DNA of 64,000 nt from Candidatus Eiseniibacteriota bacterium (GTDB lineage Bacteria > Eisenbacteria > RBG-16-71-46 > CAVPCR01). The stretch covers positions 128,001 through 192,000 of the forward strand of contig CAVPCR010000003.1 of NCBI GenBank assembly GCA_963702435.1, in the 5' to 3' direction. Below the pieces are notes generated by a model. The model saw only the letters and a list, made by a program, of their open reading frames with translations. It did no database searches and had not been told where the DNA came from. How positions within the stretch are numbered: position 1 is the stretch's first letter; every line of letters begins with the position of its first letter. Positions 21,037-30,030 of the stretch are shown one piece after another. Made by a program: the position numbers and the translations under genes.

Positions 21037-22474
21037 GGTCGATGCGGCGGTTCTGACCCCGCCCCGCCTCGGTGTCGTTCGTGGCGATCGGTGCCGCCTC
21101 CCCGCGCCCGACGGTGGTCACCAGGCGATCGGAGAGGTCCATGTTGGTCTCGAGGTAGGTGCGCACCGCCGCGGCGCGCGCCGCCGACAGGGCGAGGTTC
21201 TTCTTCTCATCGCCCTTCGAGTCGGTGTGCCCTTCGATCGCGAGCGCGGCTCCCGGGAGCTCGCGGAGCGCCCGCATCACCTGGGCAAGGAGCGGATAGC
21301 TCGCGGGCAGAATCACGTCATCGCCCTCGGCGAAGCGCACGCCCTTGAGCCGGAGGACCAGGTTACCTCCCTCGCGCCCGAGCACCGCATCCTCGGGCGA
21401 GAAGAGCTCGCGCACGCGCCGGAAGCGCTCCTCGCGCTCGCGCTGCACGGCAAGCTCCGCGCTCAGGCCGCGCTCGCGGGCGCCGAGCGCGGCGATCTCC
21501 TCGCGCGCGCGGCTGAGATCCCGGGCGATGGCCTCGCGCTCGCCGTGGAGCGCGGCGATCCCGCTCTGGATCTCCGTACTGGCGGCCGCGAGCCCCGCGC
21601 GCGGATCGGCGCCGAGGTCGGGGTCCTGGCCGAGGGCGCTGCCGATCGCCTCGAACTCGGCCGCGACCGCGAGGACGAACGTCTCGTAGGCGCCTTTCTC
21701 CCTGCCGGCCGCCTGCGCTCCCGCGGCGATGGCGCCGGCGCGCGCGGCCCACACGGTCGCCGCAGCGGCCTTCGACTCGGCCTCGCTCCGGCGGGATCGA
21801 TCGGTGGCGAGCAGGTCCTCCGCTCTGGCGATCTCGTCGCGGGCCCGGGTAAGGCTCTCCGGCGCCCAGGCCGCGGCCCCTGCCTTCTCGGCCTCGGCGA
21901 GACGGGCGCGCGCCTCTCCGAGGACGGCGCCATCGATCGCCGCGAGCTCCGCCGCGCGGAAGCGGCGCTCGGCATCCGCTGCCTTGATGCGCGCCGCGTC
22001 CATGTCGTCGCCGGCCGCCTTGGTCGCGGCATCGTGAAAGTCCCTCTCGCCCGCGGTGTAGGTCTCCGCGGCGAGCGAGTCGGCGCCGGCCGCCAGCGCG
22101 GCGTCCCCGGCGGCAAGGGCCACCCCGAGGACGTCACGCGTCTTCTCGGCGGTGGTCATGGCGAGGGCGATCGCATCCGCGGCGCGGGTCAGGCGCTTCT
22201 CGATGTCCTCGGGCTTCGCGCCGCGCGCCGCGAGATCGCGCGCCGCGCCCACCTCGCGCTCGGCGGACTCGAACTGGCGCGGCGCGAGCAGATCGGCCCG
22301 CGCGTCGCGGGCCGCGGTGAGGAGGCGTTCGACCGAGGCGACAGCGGTCGCTTCCTCCCCCGCCGCCGACCGCGAAGGCGGAGCCGCCGCGCCGGCCGCG
22401 GCGAGGGCGAGCCAGAGCCCGAGCACGGCGCCGGGCCTGCCCTCGAGCGGCCGCCGCTGGAAGGCGAACGCCAT
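21002..22474 (-). CDS. OmpA/MotB-family peptidoglycan-binding protein with long helical N-terminal region
   Basis: C-terminal IEGHTDSKG...NLALSAARAAAVRTYL...GRGEAAPIATNDTEAGRGQNRRID. Confidence 0.9.
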   Translation of the reverse strand: MAFAFQRRPLEGRPGAVLGLWLALAAAGAAAPPSRSAAGEEATAVASVERLLTAARDARADLLAPRQFESAEREVGAARDLAARGAKPEDIEKRLTRAADAIALAMTTAEKTRDVLGVALAAGDAALAAGADSLAAETYTAGERDFHDAATKAAGDDMDAARIKAADAERRFRAAELAAIDGAVLGEARARLAEAEKAGAAAWAPESLTRARDEIARAEDLLATDRSRRSEAESKAAAATVWAARAGAIAAGAQAAGREKGAYETFVLAVAAEFEAIGSALGQDPDLGADPRAGLAAASTEIQSGIAALHGEREAIARDLSRAREEIAALGARERGLSAELAVQREREERFRRVRELFSPEDAVLGREGGNLVLRLKGVRFAEGDDVILPASYPLLAQVMRALRELPGAALAIEGHTDSKGDEKKNLALSAARAAAVRTYLETNMDLSDRLVTTVGRGEAAPIATNDTEAGRGQNRRIDLILDVRTLLGE

Positions 22475-22647
22475 CAGTAACCCGACAGCAGATCGTCGAG
22501 GATGCCCCAGATCATGACGGCGACGAGGAAGACGAAGAGCGCGATGGGAAACAGGAGGAGCAGCTTCCGCGTCCAGCCCTGGGGCGGGCGTGCCTCGTCC
22601 TTCCGGTCGCGAGGCTGGCGTTCATCAACGGAGTGCTTGGTGCTCAT
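22474..22647 (-). CDS. Small single-pass membrane protein, translationally coupled to the OmpA-family gene
   Basis: 57 aa with one hydrophobic helix (LLLLFPIALFVFLVAVMIWGIL); TGATG overlap with the next start; own promoter TTGACC-N17-TAGGTT at 22655-22683. Confidence 0.65.
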   Translation of the reverse strand: MSTKHSVDERQPRDRKDEARPPQGWTRKLLLLFPIALFVFLVAVMIWGILDDLLSGY

Positions 22648-22679
22648 CGGCGCGAACCTAGACCACGGGCGTCCGCCGG

Positions 22680-24275
22680 TCAACCACCGGCGCCGCCCGC
22701 CAGGAGATAGGCCATGGTCGGGATCGGTGACCCGACCGGGCCCTCGATCGCGGTGTAGGCGATGTCGAGGTGGATCCAGGGCACCTTCTCGTCGATCGCC
22801 TTCGAGAGGAAGCCGCCGCCCTTGGCGGTGCCGGCGCCGAACTTCTGATCGCCGTCGTTGTCGAGATCAGCGATCTTGCCGTGCATCACCTCGACGAAGT
22901 TCTTCTCGTAGTCGGCGACCAGGAACTCCGAGTTCGGCAGATCGTGCGAGAGAGGCAGGACCCAGGCCTTCTCCCCCGCCGCGCGCGCCGCGGCGAGGAG
23001 CCGCTCGCGATCGCCGACGCCCTTCTTGTTGGACATGACCCCGATCGTGTCCGGACCGAGGGCCATCTTGACCGCGCCGGTCAGGGTCGCCGCGTCGACG
23101 ACCAGGTCGGGGGCGTGCGCCTCGCGCGCATAGACGAGCTGATCGTAGAGGACCAGGCGGCCCTCGGCGTCGGTGTGGCCGACGAGCGTCGTGCGTCCGT
23201 CGCGGTGCACGATGACCTCGTCCGTCTTGTAGGCGCGCGGGCCGTCCATGTTCTCGGCGGCGCCGGCGAGACCGATCACCCGGACGGCGGGCGCGAGCTT
23301 CGACACGAGCTCCATGAGCGCGACGACGGCCGCTGCCCCGGCCATGTCGCGATTCATCTGGTTCATGAAGGAACCCTTCGACTGGAGCCCGCCGCAGTCG
23401 AAGGTGACCCCCTTGCCGACGAACACGACCGTGCGTTCCGCCTTCACCGGCGGCTCGTAGATCCACTCGATCTGCGTCACCGGGACGGCGGCCCCGCGCC
23501 CGACGGCCAGGAGCCCGGCGAGACGTTCCTCCCGGATGCGCTCCGCGGACCAGCGCGTGAAGCGGATGTGCGGGAGCCCCTGCGCGCGGCGCTCCGCCTC
23601 CACGGCGAAGGTCTCCGGGTTCACGCGGTCCGGCGGCTCGAAGGTGAGTCCCTTGGCGAGGCAGGCGGCCTCGGCGATGGCCTGGCCCCGGGCGATGGCG
23701 GCCGCGAGGGCGGGAGCCGGGTTCGGGGCGACCAGGAGCCGCACCTCCTCGATCCCGCGGATGCGCTCCCGGGACTTGTACTTCATCCAGTGGAAGTTGC
23801 CGTAGAGAATGCCCTCGACGAGCGCGCTCACGTCCGCGCCGGCGGTGAGGAAGCGTGACGGCACCACGAGCCCGAGCTTCTTCACGTGCTTGCGGAGCGC
23901 GCGCGCGAGCTGATCGGCCTTGACGCGTAGCCCCGGCGTTCCGATGCCGTCGGGGAGCGCCACCACCTTGAGACGGCGGCGGCGGCCGGCCCAGGGGTAG
24001 AGATACTCGCGGTCGCCGGTGTTCTCGTCGGGTTCTTCCTCGCTGCCCTCCGGCGGCGCCGCCTGATAGCGATCGAGATCGCCGTTCACGAGGCCGGCGA
24101 TCGCACGCGCGAGCTCTCCCTGCGCATCGCGCGCGGCGAGGTCTCCGTTCCCGAGAAAGAGCGCCACCGCATCCAGGTCGCCGAAGAAGTCGCCGGCCGC
24201 GCCGGGACCCGCCGCGTGCACGCGCACCGCGGGCTGTCCGCTCTCACCCAGAGGAAGCCGCTGGAAGTCGTTCAT
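22680..24275 (-). CDS. Leucyl aminopeptidase family (M17)
   Basis: VGKGVTFDCGG, DMAGAAAV, HTDAEGRLVL, ATLTGA, WIHLDIA. Confidence 0.9.
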   Translation of the reverse strand: MNDFQRLPLGESGQPAVRVHAAGPGAAGDFFGDLDAVALFLGNGDLAARDAQGELARAIAGLVNGDLDRYQAAPPEGSEEEPDENTGDREYLYPWAGRRRRLKVVALPDGIGTPGLRVKADQLARALRKHVKKLGLVVPSRFLTAGADVSALVEGILYGNFHWMKYKSRERIRGIEEVRLLVAPNPAPALAAAIARGQAIAEAACLAKGLTFEPPDRVNPETFAVEAERRAQGLPHIRFTRWSAERIREERLAGLLAVGRGAAVPVTQIEWIYEPPVKAERTVVFVGKGVTFDCGGLQSKGSFMNQMNRDMAGAAAVVALMELVSKLAPAVRVIGLAGAAENMDGPRAYKTDEVIVHRDGRTTLVGHTDAEGRLVLYDQLVYAREAHAPDLVVDAATLTGAVKMALGPDTIGVMSNKKGVGDRERLLAAARAAGEKAWVLPLSHDLPNSEFLVADYEKNFVEVMHGKIADLDNDGDQKFGAGTAKGGGFLSKAIDEKVPWIHLDIAYTAIEGPVGSPIPTMAYLLAGGAGG

Positions 24276-24276
24276 A

Positions 24277-24325
24277 CTGGTTCCGTTCGTGGTCCCTGGT
24301 TGGTGGTCCCTGGTTCGTGGTCCTG
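24277..24325 (-). repeat. About 3 copies of a 14-bp tandem repeat (GGACCAC[G/C]AACCAG) in the aminopeptidase 5' leader
   Basis: Minus strand reads AGGACCACGAACCAGGGACCACCAACCAGGGACCACGAACGGAACCAGT-ATG. Confidence 0.8.
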
Positions 24326-24446
24326 ATCGCGATCGGGCCGGCGCGCGGCCGCGCCGCGTCGAGTCCGCCGCGGCGCTCCGGCGCTCCGGCGCGCGGAAAA
24401 GCGATCAGTCTAGCACGGGCGGCCCCGGGGCCGTATCCTCCCGCGC

Positions 24447-25391
24447 ATGCCTGGAACTGCCGCGCGCGCACCGAGCGCACCGCCCAGCCGCCTCGGGGCG
24501 GTGCTCGCCCTTGCCGGGCAGACGGCGATCGCCGCGAGCACCTTCGTCATCGCCAAGCAGGCATTGGCCTCGTTTCGACCCCTCGAGCTCGCAGGGCTCC
24601 GCCTGATCGGGGCCGCGTGCGTGATGGGCGGCCTCGCCGCCATCGCGCGCCGCGGCGGTCTCTCGTTCCGCGGGCGCGCGCGCGATCTCGTCGCGCTGGG
24701 TTTCATCGGCGTGACGGTCAATCAGATCTGCTTTCTCGCGGGACTCGCCCGCTCGACGCCGACGCACGCGGCGCTCCTCTACGCGCTGACGCCGGCCTTC
24801 GTGCATCTCCTCGCGCTCGCCTCCGGCGACGAGCGCCCGAACCTGCGCCTTGCCCTCGGCATCGCGATTGCCATGGGCGGGGCGGCTCTCGTCATCGCCG
24901 CGCGGAGTCAGGGCAGCGCCATGCGGGCGACCCTCGGCGGCGACCTCCTCATCCTGGTCGGGGTCGTGGCCTGGGCCGTGTACTCGGCGCGCGCCCGGAG
25001 CGCCGTGCGGGCGATGGGCGCCCTCCGCTTCACCGCGACGACTCTCGTCGCGGGCGCGGTGTGCGGACTGCCGCTCACGCTCCCGGGGCTGCGTGCGCTC
25101 GAGCCGGCGACCATTCCTCTCGGCGCGTGGGGGGGGCTCGCCTTCCTGATTGTCTTCACGTCGGGGCTCGCCTATGCGCTGTGGACCTGGGCGCTGCGCG
25201 GACTCACCGCGAGCCAGGTCGCGGTGTTCGCGAACGCGCAGCCGGTGGCGACGGCGCTCCTCTCCTACACTGTGCTCGGCGAGTCGGTGGGGCTTCCCCT
25301 CGTCGCCGGCGGCGCTCTCGTTCTCGCCGGCGTCGCCCTGACCCAGGGGCGGCGGCCCGGGCCGGAGCCCGTGGCCGCGGCCCCCGATTGA
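24447..25391 (+). CDS. EamA/DMT-family transporter
   Basis: About 10 TM helices in two EamA repeats; GDLLILVGVVAWAVYS; AYALW.WAL; QPV.TALL. Confidence 0.9.
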   Translation: MPGTAARAPSAPPSRLGAVLALAGQTAIAASTFVIAKQALASFRPLELAGLRLIGAACVMGGLAAIARRGGLSFRGRARDLVALGFIGVTVNQICFLAGLARSTPTHAALLYALTPAFVHLLALASGDERPNLRLALGIAIAMGGAALVIAARSQGSAMRATLGGDLLILVGVVAWAVYSARARSAVRAMGALRFTATTLVAGAVCGLPLTLPGLRALEPATIPLGAWGGLAFLIVFTSGLAYALWTWALRGLTASQVAVFANAQPVATALLSYTVLGESVGLPLVAGGALVLAGVALTQGRRPGPEPVAAAPD

Positions 25392-25428
25392 CGGCGAGCG
25401 CGGCGCTCGACTAGCCTCGGCGCCCACC

Positions 25429-26505
25429 ATGATGCCATCGAGATCCGCTCCGGACGCGCTCGCGCGCGTGATCGATCGCCTCGCGCGCTTCATCGACATC
25501 CCGTCCGTGACGGGCGAGGAGGAGGCCTACGCGCACGCCGCGGCGGAGGTTCTCGCGGAGCTCGGCTTCGCGGTCGAGCTCCGGCCGGTCGCGCCCGGGC
25601 GCCCGAACGTGCTCGCGCGTCGCGGGCGGGGCCGCCTGCTCTTCGCGACCCATCTCGACACGGTGCCGCCCTTCCTCCCGGCGCGCCGCGCTCGAGACCG
25701 CGTCTGCGGGCGCGGCGCCTGCGATACGAAAGGCCTCTTCGCGTGCATGCTCGAAGCGGCCGCGCTCCTCATCGCGGAGGGACACGAGGATCTCGCCTTT
25801 CTTCTTCTCGTGGGCGAGGAGGTGGATCACCTGGGGGCGAAGGCGGCGCGGAGCTACGGCCTCGCAGCCGAGGCGGTCCTGCTCGGCGAGCCGACCGAGC
25901 TCGCGCTCATGCGCGCGCAGAAGGGAGTCCTCCGCCTCACGCTCGAGGCGAGCGGGCGGGCTGCACACTCCGGCTATCCGGAGCGAGGCGAATCGGCGAT
26001 CGAGAAGCTCCTCGCCGCGCTCGAGCGGATTCGCGCCGTCCCGCTCGGGTCGGATCCGCTGCTCGGCCGGGCCTACCTGAACGTCGGCACGATCCGGGGC
26101 GGAGTCGCCGCCAACGTGCTCGCGCCGGACGCGGGTGCGGAGATCATGATCCGCACGGTGGCGCCCGGTGCGGAGCTTGCGGAACGGCTGCGGGCCGCGG
26201 CCGGGGACCTGGTCCGCGTCACCGTGGGCACGTGCACCGATCCCGAGTGCCTCCACGTCCTCGCGGGCTACCCGACCGCGGTGGCCGGATTCGCCACCGA
26301 TGCGCCCTACCTCGCGGCGATCGGCCCGGTCCTCCTTACCGGACCCGGCTCGATCCTGGCCGCGCACACGGCCGACGAGCACATCATGCACGCCGACCTC
26401 GCCGCCGGGGTCGCCCTCTACGTGGACCTCGCGCGCCGACTCCTCGGCGGCGCGCCGCTCCTCCCCGGCGCGCCTCCGGTCCCCGCGGACCCCGCGGCCG
26501 CCTAG
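25429..26505 (+). CDS. M20 metallo-hydrolase (ArgE/DapE-like deacylase)
   Basis: ATHLDTVPP, GRGACDTKG, VGEE, GEPT, GRAAHSGYPE.G, AHTADEH. Confidence 0.88.
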   Translation: MMPSRSAPDALARVIDRLARFIDIPSVTGEEEAYAHAAAEVLAELGFAVELRPVAPGRPNVLARRGRGRLLFATHLDTVPPFLPARRARDRVCGRGACDTKGLFACMLEAAALLIAEGHEDLAFLLLVGEEVDHLGAKAARSYGLAAEAVLLGEPTELALMRAQKGVLRLTLEASGRAAHSGYPERGESAIEKLLAALERIRAVPLGSDPLLGRAYLNVGTIRGGVAANVLAPDAGAEIMIRTVAPGAELAERLRAAAGDLVRVTVGTCTDPECLHVLAGYPTAVAGFATDAPYLAAIGPVLLTGPGSILAAHTADEHIMHADLAAGVALYVDLARRLLGGAPLLPGAPPVPADPAAA

Positions 26506-27530
26506 GGCTCGGGGTCCGGAGGTCGTCCGCCGGCGTCGGCGTCCGCTCCGGGCGGCGCACCGGATTCCGCCCGTTCCCATGCGGCGAGCCGCGCGCGCAG
26601 CCGGCGGCGACGGAGGACATAGCCGAGCACGACGAGGAGCGCCATCAGGAAGAAGGGCGAGACGCTACGCCGGAGAACGCTGAGGAGAAACCCGTGCGGC
26701 GCCTGTTCCTTGCGCAGCGCTCGATCGAGCCCGTCGGTGTCGAGCCCGGTCGTCGCGCGAAGCGCGGTCGCGAACGGAACGCCGCGCGCGAGCGCACCGC
26801 CGAGCGCCGCCACCGTGCCGGGGCCGGGCCGCCGCTCGAGGAGCTCGATCGCCAGCTGGCTCTTCACGTAGGCGATGCGCATCGCGGCGGGATCCTCGGG
26901 AAAGTGATCGGCGAGGCGCGCGAGAGCGAGGTCGGGAGCCGCTTCGGAGACGACGAAGTCGAGCGCCCCGATCTCGGTCAGCCCGCCGGCGAACCAGCTC
27001 GCGGTGCCCTCGTCGTACCAGCGCGGGATGGGGCCGCCGGCTTCCGCCGCAACGCCCATCGCGAGGTGCGCGAGCTCGTGCCGGAGCACGCCGGCCGGGC
27101 CGCGCTCCGGCCCGGGCACGAGGAGCGATGCGTTGAGCGCGGCCACCTGCCGGCCGGGGAGCGCGACGCCGAGGAGCGTAGCGGTGCGGCCGCGGCCCGC
27201 GAAGCGAGCGAAGGTGGCCTGATCGCCGCAGATCATCACCTCGACGCGAGGCGGCAGGCCGACACCGAGCCGCGCCGGGAGCTCTCGCGCGGCGGCGGCG
27301 GCGACGGGGGCCAGGTCCCGCGCCAGGCCGGTGACTGGCCCGACCTCGGTGAGGACGATCCGGCCGGTGGGATGCTCGACCACGCTCGGCGCGGCGGCGT
27401 TCGCCGTGTTCGCGGCCGCTCCGAGGGCCAGGAGCACGAGCCAGCCGAGGCGGCGGCCGAGGCTGTGGGCCGCTCTCCGCAGTCCTCGCTTCCGGTGTCT
27501 CGATATGAGATGATTAACCTGGATGTTCAT
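26502..27530 (-). CDS. Membrane-anchored peptidase MA-like zinc metalloprotein; start uncertain
   Basis: Signal-like N-terminus, VLRHELAH, PRWYDEGTA, AYVKS, C-terminal TM helix followed by a basic stop-transfer. Confidence 0.75.
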   Translation of the reverse strand: MNIQVNHLISRHRKRGLRRAAHSLGRRLGWLVLLALGAAANTANAAAPSVVEHPTGRIVLTEVGPVTGLARDLAPVAAAAARELPARLGVGLPPRVEVMICGDQATFARFAGRGRTATLLGVALPGRQVAALNASLLVPGPERGPAGVLRHELAHLAMGVAAEAGGPIPRWYDEGTASWFAGGLTEIGALDFVVSEAAPDLALARLADHFPEDPAAMRIAYVKSQLAIELLERRPGPGTVAALGGALARGVPFATALRATTGLDTDGLDRALRKEQAPHGFLLSVLRRSVSPFFLMALLVVLGYVLRRRRLRARLAAWERAESGAPPGADADAGGRPPDPEP

Positions 27531-27549
27531 TTATCCTCAACAAACCTCG

Positions 27550-29700
27550 ATGATCCGCATCCTAGCATTGCACCTCGCCTCCCACCTTGCACTCGCCGCG
27601 GCCCTGATCGGTGCCCTTCTCCTCGTGCCCGGAACCGCCCCGGGCGGAGCTCCGGTCACCGCTCGTTCTCCCGTGCGCGCGGTCCTTGTCCGGGTCGCGG
27701 CGCCGGCCGATCTGGGTGCGCTGACCCGGTTCGGCGCCGACATCCTCGGACGCCTCGATCCCACCAGCGTCCGCGTCGCGGCCACGGATGAGCAGATCGC
27801 CGCCTTTCGCGACCGCGGCTGGCGCGTGACCGTTCTCGAGCCGGACCTCGAGGCGGCCATCCGGCGCCGGCTGGGTGCGGATGCCGTCGCCTATCACTCG
27901 CTCGACGAGATCGAGGCAGCGCTCGATCGCCTCCATGCCGAGCGGCCCGACCTGATCGGCCCGCGGGTCGTGATCGGACGGAGCTGGGAGGGGCGGCCGC
28001 TGTGGGCGGTCAGAGTGAGCGATCATCCGGCGGTCGACGAGGACGAGCCGGCGGTGCTCTTCGATGCGCTTCACCACGGACGCGAACCGGTCGGCATGGA
28101 GACCCTCCTCCACTTCATGCGAGAGATCGTCCGCCGGTACGACGCCGACCCCGCCATCCGCGCTCTGGTCGACGCGCGGGAGATCTGGTGCGTGCCGGTC
28201 GTCAATCCCGACGGCTATGCCTTCGGCGGGCCCGGCGGTCTCTGGCGCAAGAATCGGCGCCCGAACGCAGACGGTACCTTCGGCGTGGATCTGAACCGCA
28301 ACTACGCCCACGCCTGGGGCGCGGGCGACGCCGGATCGAGCCCGATCCCGGCGAGCGCCACCTACCGCGGGCCGGCGCCGTTCTCGGAGCCCGAGACGGC
28401 GGCGATGCGCGACTTCGCGGCGGCCCGGGGCTTCCGGACCGGGATGACCCTGCACGGATTCGGCGAGATGAACCTCCTTCCGGGCACCGGTGCCGGGCGG
28501 GGCCTCGCCGGTCCCGCCTTCCACGAGGAGGTGGCGCACGAGCTCGAACGCCTGACCGGCAATCCGCACGGGAAGCCGCACGAGCTCCTCTATCCGTCGA
28601 ACGGCCGGGCGCAGGACTGGTTCGCTGCGGAGCTCGGCATGCTGTCGATCCAGCCCGAGATCGGCACCGCGGCCGACGGCTTCTGGCCGTCGAGGAGTCG
28701 CCTGCACGCTCTCACCGCGAAGAACCTGCCGGCGCTCCTTCACATCGCGGCGATCGCCGGCCCCCATCCCGAGGCGATCGGCTTCCGCGTGCGCGAGGCA
28801 GGCGTGGCGGCAGCAGCGCCGGGCGAGGCGGCGATGAGCGGAGGGACGGTGACCGGAGTTCTCCCCGGGCGCACGGTGGAGATCGTGCTCGCGATCCGGA
28901 ACCGGGGACTCGCCCCCGCCGAGCATGTCACGCTCGAGATGACGACTCCGTCTCCCCACGCTCGCGTGCTCCGCGGGCGGGCGATCGCGGCCTCGATTCC
29001 CCCGGTCACGACCATCGAGCTCGAATCGGCGCCGCTCCTCGTGGCGGTGGCGGCGGATGCCCCGCCCGGGGAACCGCTCCTGCTCGAGATCGCGGCCACC
29101 TGCGCGGGCGCGGCGGCCCCGGCGGTCCAGCTCGAGCTCGTCCCCGGGACGCCGAGCCTCTTGTTCGCCGATCGCGGCGAAGCGGGACTCGCGAACTGGG
29201 TGGCGGAGCGGGGTTGGGGCCTCATCACCGGTGGGGCCGCAGACGGCCCGGCTTTCGCCGACAGCCCCGGCGGGGACTACGCCGCCCATGCCAACGCAGT
29301 CCTCGCGCTCAGGACCGCGCTCGATCTCCGCGGCGCCGAGCGTCCGGTGCTCTCCTATCGCGAGCGGATCGCAACCGAGCCGTGGCATGACCGCTGCCGC
29401 GTCGAGGCCTGGACGCCGGAGCGGGGTTGGGAACCCCTGTTCGTCCACCCGGGCGGGGTCGAGTCGACGGCGCGCCGCCGGGAGGTGTCCCTCGCGGCGT
29501 TCGCGGGCGAGCGGGAGGTGCGGCTCCGCTTCCGGTTGACGGCGAACGGGGAGCGGGAGGCCGACGGGTGGACGGTCGACGACATCGAGGTCTGGGCCTA
29601 CACCGGATCCGAGCGCCTGGCGCTCGGCACCACCGGGCGGCCTCCCTCCCCAACGCCGGCGGCGGCGGCCGGCGGGTCGCCGCTCGAAGCGGCCGAGTGA
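27550..29700 (+). CDS. Secreted M14 zinc carboxypeptidase (carboxypeptidase T-like) with C-terminal beta-sandwich domains
   Basis: HHGRE, VNPDGY, WRKNRR, GVDLNRNY, YRGPAPFSEPET, LHGFG, PEIG. Confidence 0.92.
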   Translation: MIRILALHLASHLALAAALIGALLLVPGTAPGGAPVTARSPVRAVLVRVAAPADLGALTRFGADILGRLDPTSVRVAATDEQIAAFRDRGWRVTVLEPDLEAAIRRRLGADAVAYHSLDEIEAALDRLHAERPDLIGPRVVIGRSWEGRPLWAVRVSDHPAVDEDEPAVLFDALHHGREPVGMETLLHFMREIVRRYDADPAIRALVDAREIWCVPVVNPDGYAFGGPGGLWRKNRRPNADGTFGVDLNRNYAHAWGAGDAGSSPIPASATYRGPAPFSEPETAAMRDFAAARGFRTGMTLHGFGEMNLLPGTGAGRGLAGPAFHEEVAHELERLTGNPHGKPHELLYPSNGRAQDWFAAELGMLSIQPEIGTAADGFWPSRSRLHALTAKNLPALLHIAAIAGPHPEAIGFRVREAGVAAAAPGEAAMSGGTVTGVLPGRTVEIVLAIRNRGLAPAEHVTLEMTTPSPHARVLRGRAIAASIPPVTTIELESAPLLVAVAADAPPGEPLLLEIAATCAGAAAPAVQLELVPGTPSLLFADRGEAGLANWVAERGWGLITGGAADGPAFADSPGGDYAAHANAVLALRTALDLRGAERPVLSYRERIATEPWHDRCRVEAWTPERGWEPLFVHPGGVESTARRREVSLAAFAGEREVRLRFRLTANGEREADGWTVDDIEVWAYTGSERLALGTTGRPPSPTPAAAAGGSPLEAAE

Positions 29701-29725
29701 GCCCGGCGCTCATCTCACCCGCCGG

Positions 29726-29930
29726 AAAAGAAGAAGACCCAGAAGCACTTGCGGCGAACCGCCCCCGGCGGACCACCCGGGGACTTCTGGGTCCGGTGTC
29801 CTGATTTGGATTTCGCAGACCGCCCGTCTGCGAAGGGTAGACCTTCCAGCTAGACGGACGTCAGCGAGCAGGCACCTCGCTGGTCACGGAACTATGGTAT
29901 TTCATTCTGTGGACCACCTCCTTTCGGCGT
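29726..29930 (-). ncRNA. Candidate structured small RNA/small-ORF transcript (14-aa ORF MKYHSSVTSEVPAR at 29905..29861)
   Basis: Extended SD GAAAGGAGGTGGTCCA, three or more hairpins including a UUCG-capped stem, a terminal 10-bp stem and a U-rich tail; lower GC than the flanks. Confidence 0.55.
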
Positions 29931-30030
29931 GCCGGAATTGGGCCACGGCAGTCCAGCAGGCGTCAAGGAAAAATCGCGCGGCGAGTGGCCGGTTCGCCCC
30001 GGGAGGCGCCCCCGGCGCGCCATGGCCGTC

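Noticed and set aside
29910..29925. 16S rRNA 3'-end remnant on the plus strand
   Set aside because: No helix 44/45 sequence upstream. Tetraloop and U-tail polarity point to a minus-strand transcript.
29726..29930. tmRNA, SRP RNA or RNase P RNA
   Set aside because: No tRNA-like ends, the peptide has its own ATG and SD and does not end in Ala-Ala, and the SRP and RNase P conserved motifs are not visible.
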